From: an uncultured Candidatus Babeliaceae bacterium
GTDB taxonomy: Bacteria > Babelota > Babeliae > Babelales > Babelaceae
Direction: 5' to 3'
Assembly (NCBI GenBank): GCA_963704655.1
Contig: OY969927.1
Span: 1,056,001-1,120,000 of the forward strand
Length of the DNA: 64,000 nt
Part shown: piece by piece, positions 21,176 to 30,609 of the stretch
How the letters are laid out: every line of letters begins with the position of its first letter
Numbering within the stretch: the stretch's first letter is position 1
The notes under the pieces: model-generated
The model's database searches: none
The model's input: only the letters and a program-made list of their open reading frames with translations
Told to the model about the DNA's origin: nothing
Made by a program: the position numbers and the translations under genes

Positions 21176-23017
21176 TTATTCTTCTTCAAATTCTTCTTCT
21201 TCTGTTGGGAATGTTCTAATTTCAGGTTCCTGAGCAAAAGTTACTTTAGTTACTTTTTTCTTCATGGCAGATTTTAATGGTACTACTGCCGGCGGCGGTG
21301 GAGTTGTTGAAGGTTTAGTGCGTATTCCTACCGGAAGGGGAAGTAATGGGACTCTACTAGTGCGTGTAGTAGGAATTATTGTAGTTGTTGGGGTACCTAG
21401 TTCTTGTATTTTAAACGATTCATTTTGGTTGCTGACGTAATCTCTTACGATATTCCATTTTTGTTGATCATCCAAGGCAGCAGATATAAGAAGATAGCAG
21501 CATTTTTGTGCTACTTTAACAATTTTTTGGAAGTCAGCTTCTTGTGTTATATTAGGACCCATAATGAACTCAAGTGTTACAGATTCTAAAAGGTAATCAT
21601 ACAGTTTTTCAAATTCCGCTCTTTCAAGCTTTTCTTGTTCCGTGAATCTAAAGCCAGGGATATAGGTGATTGCTTTAGTGTATAGATCTTCATAAAGACC
21701 TAATTTTGCTAGAGTTTCTATTTTTTCATTTTTGATTATTTGTTGTATATTCTGTATATCTTGTGTCGTAGCGTCTTCTTGAAGAACATAAGCTTTTGGT
21801 TCATTTATTATACCTATTAATTTTTCATATATATCATAAGCATTAAACTTTGCATTAGATCTTTGATGAATAAGTAATTTTGGATTAGTCAATTTCTGTT
21901 TAAGTTCTGTATATGATAGATTTCTTGCTATAAATCCCTTTGGTTCGAATAAAATTTTGGGGATTTGATAACCATTATTTTCGCATATTTTAGATAGTAT
22001 ATTCGGAAGAGTTTTTGGTTCATAACCATTTTTTGCCTGGAGCAGCGACACGTAAATTTGATTTACGGTAGTATCAATGCCCGAAATATTTTCTTTAGGT
22101 ATACTAGTTGGTGATGCTTGTTTGTAATTAAAATTTATTGTTTTAAACAGTTCTTCTATGTCAGAACTTTCTTTTTGGGCAAGGTCATTTAAATATCTAT
22201 TGGCGCTTGGATTTAGGTAAGATTTTAATCCCAAGGCTCTTAATATATCTGATTTTTTTTGATCGAGATTCTTGAATAATTCAGCTACGTCACTTTTGCC
22301 TTGTTCATAATAATTTCTCATTGGCGCGTAGTTGTCTTCTTTTAATTCTTCAATAAATTTAATCGATTCATTAATCAACTCTTTTGTTGGGGATAGGTAT
22401 GCTTGATGATATCTATATGCTCCATAACTTGCCAATGCGCCTGCTGCTGCTAATGATGCTAGAACATAAGGATTTTTTAAATTTTCAGATATTTTTTCAA
22501 ATGTACTTTGTGCAGCTCCTGTTTGCATTATTTCGTGATGACCTTCATAGTATGATTCCCAATCTTGAGCGCTTAACTTTTGAGCTGCAGCTGTAAGGGG
22601 ACTAATTGATTCTTGAGCTATATTGATAGCCGATATTGTTGCTTCTGTAGGAGCAGTAGTTGTAATCGGCATAATAGACTTTTTAGCTATATTTATAACT
22701 GGAGCTGCTGGTGCCAATGTTTCTGTAGTTGAAGCGGCAATAGGTGCTATAGATTCTGCTGCTGAAGTTGCAAGAGGCGCAATAACTTCTGTAACAGGAG
22801 TAATAGTTGCTGGAATTTCAGCTGTGATAGTTATAGGAGCTATGTTAGGGGTAGTTGCTGCTGGAACTGTTGGAGCTGCGCTTGGAATTTCCATTCCTTC
22901 AGCCAAAAGAGGAGTTCTAAGTAAATCTTGTTCAGGTGCTTTAATTTCGTATATAGAGAAAGATGCTGATAGTGCAAAGATCACCACAAGTATCTTGGTA
23001 AAAAGATTAAGATTCAT
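21176..23017 (-). CDS. Secreted/membrane hypothetical protein with Ala/Thr/Pro-rich region and C-terminal PP1-docking-like motif
   Basis: GGGGAG SD, signal peptide, mucin-like stretch, internal TM (VLASLAAAGALASYGAY), tail KSAMKKKVTKVTFAQEPEIRTF plus acidic end. Confidence 0.75.
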   Translation of the reverse strand: MNLNLFTKILVVIFALSASFSIYEIKAPEQDLLRTPLLAEGMEIPSAAPTVPAATTPNIAPITITAEIPATITPVTEVIAPLATSAAESIAPIAASTTETLAPAAPVINIAKKSIMPITTTAPTEATISAINIAQESISPLTAAAQKLSAQDWESYYEGHHEIMQTGAAQSTFEKISENLKNPYVLASLAAAGALASYGAYRYHQAYLSPTKELINESIKFIEELKEDNYAPMRNYYEQGKSDVAELFKNLDQKKSDILRALGLKSYLNPSANRYLNDLAQKESSDIEELFKTINFNYKQASPTSIPKENISGIDTTVNQIYVSLLQAKNGYEPKTLPNILSKICENNGYQIPKILFEPKGFIARNLSYTELKQKLTNPKLLIHQRSNAKFNAYDIYEKLIGIINEPKAYVLQEDATTQDIQNIQQIIKNEKIETLAKLGLYEDLYTKAITYIPGFRFTEQEKLERAEFEKLYDYLLESVTLEFIMGPNITQEADFQKIVKVAQKCCYLLISAALDDQQKWNIVRDYVSNQNESFKIQELGTPTTTIIPTTRTSRVPLLPLPVGIRTKPSTTPPPPAVVPLKSAMKKKVTKVTFAQEPEIRTFPTEEEEFEEE

Positions 23018-23147
23018 TACTACTCCCTTTAAATTTAACATTTAATATAAATCTATTTACCTTAAGCGTACTTAAATTAATTTATATTTGTCAATAATTA
23101 GGGAGATTTAATCGAAAATCAGGGTTTTTTTGAATAAAAAAAATGGT

Positions 23148-23900
23148 TTATTGTTGTTTTTCAGTCTGAATAGGGCCCTCAGGTAGGCCGCGGATAAATT
23201 GGTAAATATATGGATTTGTCGATTCCCAAATCGTTTTGGCATCGCCAAAGTAGCGGATTTGCCCCTCATGAAGCAGGGCAATATAATCAACATATTTAAA
23301 GATCTCAAGGTCATGCGAGACAACAATACTGGTCAATTTAAACCGTTCTTGCATGGAGGCCATAAGTTCATGCACCACGCGGGAAGTAATAGGGTCAAGG
23401 CCAGTTGTAGGTTCGTCATAGAGAATAATTTTAGGGTTGCGAATCAATGTTCGCGCAAGACCAACTCGTTTACGCATGCCGCCAGAAAGCTCAGAAGGGT
23501 ACTTATCAAGAATATCTTGGTTTAAATTTACCTCAGCAAGCTTTTTTATGACAATCGGTCTGACTTCTTCTTCTGGTTTGCCATTTTCAAGTAATGATAT
23601 GCCCACATTTTCAAAGATGGTAAGCGAGTCTAAAAGTGCGGCAAACTGGAACACATAGCCACATTTTTCGTAAACTTTTTCATGCTCGCTGGCTGAAAGT
23701 TGAGTAATTTCAACGCCATCGATGTAAATACGGCCACTGGTAGGCTTTATAAGACCAATAATCTGCTTAAGAAGAACAGATTTGCCTTCGCCTGAACGGC
23801 CAATAATACAAGTGATTTTACCTTCTGGTATTTCAAGATTAAGGCCATTGGTAACAACCTGTTTATTAAATACTTTAATTAAGTTTTCTATTTTTATCAT
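23148..23900 (-). CDS. mlaF: Mla/Mce ABC transporter ATP-binding subunit
   Basis: GRSGEGKS, ELSGGMRKRVGLAR, YDEPTTGLDP. Confidence 0.92.
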   Translation of the reverse strand: MIKIENLIKVFNKQVVTNGLNLEIPEGKITCIIGRSGEGKSVLLKQIIGLIKPTSGRIYIDGVEITQLSASEHEKVYEKCGYVFQFAALLDSLTIFENVGISLLENGKPEEEVRPIVIKKLAEVNLNQDILDKYPSELSGGMRKRVGLARTLIRNPKIILYDEPTTGLDPITSRVVHELMASMQERFKLTSIVVSHDLEIFKYVDYIALLHEGQIRYFGDAKTIWESTNPYIYQFIRGLPEGPIQTEKQQ

Positions 23901-24718
23901 GAAATTCCCGTTTGAAAGAGAATTGAACTTAAAAAGTAGTTTGCTATTAAAATGGTTATAGAACCTATAACAACGCTTCGTGTAGTGGTTATTCCAACAC
24001 CGCGTGCGCCGCCTGTTGTATAATAACCATTATAGGTGCTGACCGAAGACAATATAAAACCAAAGAAACTTGATTTAATAAGTCCGCCTGTAATATCAGA
24101 AAATTCTACAAACTCTTTTATACCAGACATGTATGATTCAGGGTTAATATCAAGACTATAGACACATAAAAGATATCCACCAAATGTTCCTAGGGCCATA
24201 GAAAAAATAGCCAAAAAGGGCAAAATAATAGTGCTTGCTAATATGCGGGGTACGATAAGATACTGAAACGGGTGAATACTCAAGGTCTTAAGTGCATCAA
24301 TTTGTTCGGTGATTTCCATGGTGCCAAGTTCTGCTGCCATTGCTGATCCGCATCTGCCAGTAACCATAAGTCCTGTTAAAACCGGTCCTAGTTCGCGTGT
24401 CATACCCAAGGCGACAACTGTTCCAATAAATTCTTCTATGCCAAAACGGTGAAAACCAATATAGGTTTGTAATGCAAGGGCAAGTCCCGTAGAAAAGCCT
24501 GTTAAGAATATGATGCTTGATGATTCTACGCCGACGCGCATAAGTTGATCAAGAAGTCTACGGAATTTTAAGCGTGTGGTAAAAAGAACCCTAAAAGTTG
24601 TAATAAGAAAAAATATAAAATCACCGCAAATGGTACATAACTGAAGAATCTCTTGCACGAGCCATTCGGCTGCGCTGATAGTTTTTCTTCCCAGGTAATT
24701 CAATGCGGTGATAAGCAT
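23897..24718 (-). CDS. mlaE: Mla/Mce ABC transporter permease
   Basis: RELGPVLTGLMVTGRCGSAMAAELGTM.ITEQIDAL, GGARGVG. Confidence 0.95.
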   Translation of the reverse strand: MLITALNYLGRKTISAAEWLVQEILQLCTICGDFIFFLITTFRVLFTTRLKFRRLLDQLMRVGVESSSIIFLTGFSTGLALALQTYIGFHRFGIEEFIGTVVALGMTRELGPVLTGLMVTGRCGSAMAAELGTMEITEQIDALKTLSIHPFQYLIVPRILASTIILPFLAIFSMALGTFGGYLLCVYSLDINPESYMSGIKEFVEFSDITGGLIKSSFFGFILSSVSTYNGYYTTGGARGVGITTTRSVVIGSITILIANYFLSSILFQTGIS

Positions 24719-24727
24719 ATTTTTATA

Positions 24728-25051
24728 CTATTCTTGTGGCTCTACTGGAGCTGGTTCGGTCTGTATTGGCATTTCTACTTGTTCATCTAAAATGCGGGAT
24801 GTTTGCATGGTGCCTGAATTACGCATTAATGCAAGCACGAGTGAACCTGCAAGAAAGAGAAAGCCAAGAACCCAAGTAGCTTTTTGGAATATATCCTGGC
24901 CGCCTGAACCGCCAAAGAGTTTAACATTTGCATTTCCCATATTACTGAAAAGGCCCGTACCGCCCTTACCTTTTTGTAACAAGATAATAAAGATGAGCAT
25001 GAGGCAGAGGATAACAAAAAGTGTGGTTAGTAAGCTTTGTAGTAATGCCAT
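24728..25051 (-). CDS. secG: Preprotein translocase subunit SecG
   Basis: IILLQKGKGG, LFGGSGG, KATWVLG. Confidence 0.93.
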   Translation of the reverse strand: MALLQSLLTTLFVILCLMLIFIILLQKGKGGTGLFSNMGNANVKLFGGSGGQDIFQKATWVLGFLFLAGSLVLALMRNSGTMQTSRILDEQVEMPIQTEPAPVEPQE

Positions 25052-25383
25052 AATAATTCCTTATAAAATCAAAAGCTTTTGAATAACAGATATGTTCTAT
25101 TTGTTAGTTTATCGATACTAGCATTTTTTTAAAGAGTCAATCTATAATTTTTATACATAGCACAGCTCTAACATAATAATTTAATTCTATTATTTATATT
25201 TTGGAGGCGTGATGGCCAGTAATATGTATCTTCCGTTTTTACTATCGGGCGTATTTGGGTTTACAGAAAATCTGCTTACCCAGCTTGCCCTTTCAAAAAG
25301 ATAATACTTTGTGAATTATTTACAATCTGTATTTGAAGCTGCTAGTATCGGATATAGAGTAGGTGGGCACAAAGGGATTTCTT

Positions 25384-27240
25384 ATGAAAAAATTGGTAAC
25401 TGTTCTTGTTGGGGTTATTTTGCTAGGTGAACTTGCTGGTCAGCAGCAGCCGCCTAAAGGATTTAATAATAAATCTATAGATGCATGGCATGAAAAAGTA
25501 AAAGAAGCATCATACGCCCCAATTGTTTCATATGAAGTTTTTGAAGGCAAGCTCGAAGAATATTTAGGGCGCCAAAGAGATTTTTTGGCCGGTTCTTCAT
25601 GGTTAGGTGAAAAAATAGATATCGAAAATGGTGATTTAAGTAATGACTCAAGGGACGAACTTGAGCAGCCTTTTGCACTTAAGGTTGCAATAAAATCTGG
25701 CGGAAGTGGTTATTTCTGGGGCGATATCCATGGTGATGTTAAAGCTCTAGTTGCTAGTTTTAAAAAGCTTAAAGATAAAGGAGTTATTAATGATGCTTTT
25801 GAAATTATACAACCTGATACCTATTTTTTCTTTTTGGGCGATATGGTTGATCGAGGAATGTATCAAATTGATGCGCTCTGGCTTATTATTAATTTTGCAT
25901 TTAAAAATTTAGGAAAAGTATTTTTAATCCGTGGAAATCATGAAGATCTTCGTTTAAGCAATGACTACGGATTCAATGATCAATTAAAGGAATTATATCG
26001 AAAAGCATATGGACCAAGAAAGTTTTCTGAAAAAACCGCTATTTATAGTCTTATTGGTCTTTTTTATAATCTTATGCCCGATGTTGCTTTTGTCGGGTGT
26101 AATAATAATTATTTACAATGTTGTCATGGGGGAATAGAGATACGCTACAATCCTAAAGAGCTTTTAGGGCAACCAGGCGCATTACGCTATCAATTAATAG
26201 AAAGAACAGAAGAAAATAACTCTCTTTTAAATACTATTGTGCGAGATATTAGTGTTGTTAATAGGCTTTCTATTGATAGTTCAGGATATGGCTTTTTGAT
26301 GAAAAATTTTATTAAGCCACGGGATCCATTTTTAAAATATGATTTTGGGTTTTTGTGGGGAGACTTTAACCCTGATCCCCAAGAGAATTATAAAACTTTT
26401 TATAATAAAAATAGAGGTCTCTTTGCAGGGAAAAATTTTACACAAGATGTTTTAAAATATTATAGCTCAGATATTGTTCGTGTCCGTGCTATTATGCGTG
26501 CTCACCAGCACAATGAAACACTTCCAGGTATTTTAAATGGTGAAAATAGTGGCGTTTATCCTATATGGCAAAATTCTGTTATTACCAATTTATCTACAAG
26601 CATTTTTAATGGCGTTATCGCCTTTAATCAAATAACGTTTGATGATAACTATGATAATTGGCGACTAACAAACTATTCAGGCAAGGGCAATGTGATAGAT
26701 GCAGAAAAAACGAATCTTTTAAAAGATTGGAAAAATAATTATGAGCCTTCTGTAAAAGAAAAGCCCATTGAAAGTGCGATATCAACTATGACGATTTCAC
26801 AAGAAAATGAAAAGATTCTTGCAAGGGTTGATAATGAAATTGAAAGAGAATATCCAAATTATAAACTTATAGAAAAAATGCTTAAAAGTGTAACGGCAGA
26901 TCCTCAAGATAAGCCCAGTGAGGGGCATTATGTACGGGCACAAAAGTTATTAAAAATATTTTATCGCCTTATATATGCGATAGCGCTCTTTGAGGCAGAT
27001 GACTATGCAACGGCAAAAAAAAGCCTTTCGCAATCGCTTGAATGGGACATTTTTAAATTTAAAGCATGTGAATATTATACTAAAGCGATTATTGCCGCCA
27101 AGATGAAAGATGAATATGATGTTGCTATGGCCGGCCTTATGGAAATACTGTCTGACAAATCGATCTCATTGCAAGATCAGCTAATAGCAGTTGGTTTAGT
27201 TCAGCAACTTGGACGCTTAAAGACATCTAAGGAGAAATAG
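25384..27240 (+). CDS. Secreted PPP-family Ser/Thr protein phosphatase with C-terminal helical domain
   Basis: Signal peptide; GDIHGD, GDMVDRG, RGNHE, HGG, LWGD, RAHQ. Confidence 0.88.
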   Translation: MKKLVTVLVGVILLGELAGQQQPPKGFNNKSIDAWHEKVKEASYAPIVSYEVFEGKLEEYLGRQRDFLAGSSWLGEKIDIENGDLSNDSRDELEQPFALKVAIKSGGSGYFWGDIHGDVKALVASFKKLKDKGVINDAFEIIQPDTYFFFLGDMVDRGMYQIDALWLIINFAFKNLGKVFLIRGNHEDLRLSNDYGFNDQLKELYRKAYGPRKFSEKTAIYSLIGLFYNLMPDVAFVGCNNNYLQCCHGGIEIRYNPKELLGQPGALRYQLIERTEENNSLLNTIVRDISVVNRLSIDSSGYGFLMKNFIKPRDPFLKYDFGFLWGDFNPDPQENYKTFYNKNRGLFAGKNFTQDVLKYYSSDIVRVRAIMRAHQHNETLPGILNGENSGVYPIWQNSVITNLSTSIFNGVIAFNQITFDDNYDNWRLTNYSGKGNVIDAEKTNLLKDWKNNYEPSVKEKPIESAISTMTISQENEKILARVDNEIEREYPNYKLIEKMLKSVTADPQDKPSEGHYVRAQKLLKIFYRLIYAIALFEADDYATAKKSLSQSLEWDIFKFKACEYYTKAIIAAKMKDEYDVAMAGLMEILSDKSISLQDQLIAVGLVQQLGRLKTSKEK

Positions 27241-27241
27241 A

Positions 27242-27769
27242 ATGAAAAAACTTTTATTAATAGGGATTTTAACTATGACAGCGCTTGGTGCAAAAAACAG
27301 TTCTTTTACTTTAAGCTCACCAGATTTTGGTAGTGACGAAACAATGCCAAAAAATTTAACTGGTGAAGGCACTAATAAGCCGCCGCGTTTAAGTTGGTCC
27401 GGTGCACCGGCTGACACTGTGGCTTTTGTGTTAATTTGTGACGATCCTGATGCGCTTGGCGAGCAGCCATTTGTGCATTGGGTGGTGTATAATATTCCTT
27501 CAAAAGCAACAAACTTAGATTTTCTTGGACAACGTGAAGATAAAAATGCCAATGGAACTATACAAGGAAGCAATGATTTCCCAAGGCTTGGCTACGATGG
27601 TCCCATGCCGCCTAAGGGTCACGGTATACATCATTATCATTTTAAGCTTTATGCTCTTGATACAATATTGTCACTGCGTTCTGGCATGAGTAAGAGCGAT
27701 GTTGTAAGTGCTATGCAAGGGCATATTCTTGCGCAGACTGAGCTTATTGGTGTTTATGAAAGAAAGTAG
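27242..27769 (+). CDS. YbhB/YbcL (PEBP/Raf kinase inhibitor-like) protein with signal peptide
   Basis: DDPDA..FVHWVVYNIP, GYDGPMPPKGHGIHHYHFKLYALD. Confidence 0.93.
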   Translation: MKKLLLIGILTMTALGAKNSSFTLSSPDFGSDETMPKNLTGEGTNKPPRLSWSGAPADTVAFVLICDDPDALGEQPFVHWVVYNIPSKATNLDFLGQREDKNANGTIQGSNDFPRLGYDGPMPPKGHGIHHYHFKLYALDTILSLRSGMSKSDVVSAMQGHILAQTELIGVYERK

Positions 27770-27783
27770 CTTGTAGTAATAAT

Positions 27784-28701
27784 TTAAAAGTTATAAATAA
27801 GACGAGCAATAGCGCTAATGCCTTGAGTTCTGTTTTTTGCGGCCATTTCAAAATAAAGATAGGCAAAGCAGTATAACTTTTCTTTACGTTCGTAAACGGC
27901 GCCCGGGCCAATGGCAACAATATGTTCTTTTCTGCCAGGTGTTAAAACACCGGCAACTTTACTATCGGTTATTTGTTGCAAAAAATATCCTACCGCTCCT
28001 ACCCAAAAATGTGGAATAATTTCATACTCTAAATCGTAGTTCATAAAAATCGCTTGTCCTGGTTGTATTGTTGTATTTTTATTAATTGATGACCAGACGT
28101 ATTGCAAGCGCCATGATGCAGCACATTTTTTAGTGAAGTAAAAAGTACCCGCCCAATAAGGGTTTATAAAGAAAAGACCATTGCCTGGGTTAAAAATCGC
28201 ATAGGCTTTATTTTTTCCTGTGGGAAAACTGACATCGAGTTCTAAGCGCGTAACAAGAAGCCCCCGATTTTTATACATTAACGGCGGCCATTGTAAAAAT
28301 GTTCCTACCAATAAATCTCCAAAACCTTTACCACTATCAAGAAGATCTAATGTATTTTTTGAGATAACTGAAGAGAATACATAAGGAATCCCCACGCTTA
28401 AACCTGTTTGTGCGCCCAAAATTGGGCTACTCTCTGTTTGGTAGGTTATTGAAGTTACGGCATCCCACACGGTGGTTTTTGGTGAAGGAACGCAGTCTAT
28501 TGGTGCGCCTTGCGCGTTAAGGAATTTGTGTGCGCCGTAATATTGTTCTATTTGATAGATATACCAACCATATGTTGGACGCACTGGCCCGCCATCAAGC
28601 ATATTTGAAAAGCCTAGGTTAATAAAAGGCTGATCATATGCAATCAGCGGATGAGTTAATGCTGCTGAGTAGATAAAAATTAATTTACAATATTTTTGCA
28701 T
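27784..28701 (-). CDS. Outer-membrane beta-barrel, SphA/'MetA-pathway of phenol degradation' transporter-like
   Basis: INLGFSNMLDGGP, GFGDLLVG, FPTGK, QQITD, IGPG, C-terminal F. Confidence 0.75.
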   Translation of the reverse strand: MQKYCKLIFIYSAALTHPLIAYDQPFINLGFSNMLDGGPVRPTYGWYIYQIEQYYGAHKFLNAQGAPIDCVPSPKTTVWDAVTSITYQTESSPILGAQTGLSVGIPYVFSSVISKNTLDLLDSGKGFGDLLVGTFLQWPPLMYKNRGLLVTRLELDVSFPTGKNKAYAIFNPGNGLFFINPYWAGTFYFTKKCAASWRLQYVWSSINKNTTIQPGQAIFMNYDLEYEIIPHFWVGAVGYFLQQITDSKVAGVLTPGRKEHIVAIGPGAVYERKEKLYCFAYLYFEMAAKNRTQGISAIARLIYNF

Positions 28702-28827
28702 CACGGTCCTCATTAACGATTTTTTATCGCTATTATGTGCTTTAATGTAATACGTTGAGGTTATAATGGTCAATGCATTGCTGTCGATTTAGATTTTATG
28801 ATACTTTTTTGTATGAGGTGCAGTACT

Positions 28828-29694
28828 ATGAAGAAATTAATTTTTTTATTTTTTATCATTAATACTATGTATGGGACGATTATACGAAAAGAAACGGTCT
28901 ATGTACATGAAGGGAATCTGGCCCTGCGTCCATCACAGCAACCATCACCCCTTTTTAGTTTTGGGCAGTTTATTATTGAAAAAGGTATTATTCAAGGTTT
29001 TGTAAATCCACTTTTTATTACGGGTTCGCAAACATATTATTCGTCATTAATTCCTGCTTTTGTCTATGGAATTGAAGATTATATTGCATTATTAGCTGGT
29101 TTGCCCTTAATAACAAAAAGCAAGCAAGGCACAGCAAGTTCTTCAGGCATAGGCGATATATTTGCACAAACTGAAATTTTCTTTTTTAGGAAAGATTATG
29201 AAACATATATACGTAGAATGAGCCTTGTGTGCGGCTTAACATTACCTTCAGGATCATTTTCAAAAAACCCATCTCTTGGTATTGGTGCGCCCAGTGTATT
29301 TCTAGGCCTTACAGCATTCCAAAGAGGAACAAAATGGTATTTTTGGACGTCTGAAGGTTTTACGTATAATTTTCCTCATAATAGTACACATTTGGGAACA
29401 AATTTTGTTTATCAAGCTGGAATAGGTAGAAATGTAAGTTATAGAGCAGATGAAAGAATTATAACTTTTATGCTTGAGTTTTTGGGTTCTTATACTTCAG
29501 CTAAGACGCTGAATGGTATCAAGGATAAAGCATCAAGTAGCAACATTATTTCTATTTCGCCGGAAATCTGGATTTCAACATATCATGTAGTTTTTAAAGC
29601 CGGTGGAATAATTCCATTGTTACAACAAACAAAAGGTGGACCAAAAAAAAATAATTTCACATTCCTTGCAGTTATTGGTTATACATTTAACTAA
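28828..29694 (+). CDS. Outer-membrane beta-barrel transporter-like protein
   Basis: Signal peptide, SSGIGDI, LTLPSG, terminal GYTFN. Confidence 0.6.
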   Translation: MKKLIFLFFIINTMYGTIIRKETVYVHEGNLALRPSQQPSPLFSFGQFIIEKGIIQGFVNPLFITGSQTYYSSLIPAFVYGIEDYIALLAGLPLITKSKQGTASSSGIGDIFAQTEIFFFRKDYETYIRRMSLVCGLTLPSGSFSKNPSLGIGAPSVFLGLTAFQRGTKWYFWTSEGFTYNFPHNSTHLGTNFVYQAGIGRNVSYRADERIITFMLEFLGSYTSAKTLNGIKDKASSSNIISISPEIWISTYHVVFKAGGIIPLLQQTKGGPKKNNFTFLAVIGYTFN

Positions 29695-30602
29695 AAATGC
29701 ACTACCCAGCGTAGAAAAAAGTTTATGCCCTGGGATCGGTTTTTTACTTTCTGTTCAAAATAGATGTATGAAAAAAAATTAATATCATCGCCTAGAGTAT
29801 ATAATGCTCCTGGCCCGATAGAAAAGACCTGCTCGCGACTATTCGGCACCGTCATTCCATAGAGTTTATTGTTGGTAAATTGTCCTAAATAATACCCACA
29901 AACCGAGAGCCAGAAATTTTTTAAGCATTCATATTCCATACTGTAGTTTAGAAAAATTGCTTGCCCCGGTTGTACGCCCGTATATTTTTTCTGTGAGGAC
30001 CAAACATAGTTCAATGTCGTTGATAGCGCCCAGTGTGGAGTAATGTACAGCGTTGCGGCCCAGTTGGGGTTAATATAGTAACAGCCGTTTCCGGGGTTAA
30101 AGAAATAGCCCCTTTTAAATTTTCCTGCAGGGAATGATGCTGCAAGTTCAAGCTTATGAACAAATAGTGGATCTTCGCCTTTCATGATAGGGTCCCATTG
30201 TAAAAATAACCCGATATATGGGTCACTGAACCCATTACCACTATCAGAAAGCCCCAAAGAATTCTTTTCAATTTTTGAATAAAGCGCATAATAAATCTGA
30301 ATATCGATGCCTGCTTTTGCATTTAAAAAAGGTTTGCTTTCTGATTGGTATATAAATTCAGTAAGGCCAAAGATGGTATTTAAATTAGGGCCACGAACGC
30401 ATCCTAGAGGCTTGCCATTATAATCGAGAAAGTCGTGAGCGTGGTAATAATCAAAATATTGAAACCAGTACCAACCTGAAGTTGGGCGTATTGGCCCACC
30501 TTCAAGTATATTGGTAAATCCCAAGTTTAAAGTAACTGGCTGATCGTAACTTGCAAGCTGAGTTATAGAAAAAATTAAAATTACCGCCCAGATTTTTTTC
30601 AC
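29691..30602 (-). CDS. SphA-like outer-membrane beta-barrel, paralog of 27784-28701
   Basis: YDQP..NLGFTNILEGGPIRPT.GWY, FNPGNG..INP.WA, QPGQAIF.NY shared with the paralog. Confidence 0.75.
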   Translation of the reverse strand: MKKIWAVILIFSITQLASYDQPVTLNLGFTNILEGGPIRPTSGWYWFQYFDYYHAHDFLDYNGKPLGCVRGPNLNTIFGLTEFIYQSESKPFLNAKAGIDIQIYYALYSKIEKNSLGLSDSGNGFSDPYIGLFLQWDPIMKGEDPLFVHKLELAASFPAGKFKRGYFFNPGNGCYYINPNWAATLYITPHWALSTTLNYVWSSQKKYTGVQPGQAIFLNYSMEYECLKNFWLSVCGYYLGQFTNNKLYGMTVPNSREQVFSIGPGALYTLGDDINFFSYIYFEQKVKNRSQGINFFLRWVVHF

Positions 30603-30609
30603 GAAAATC

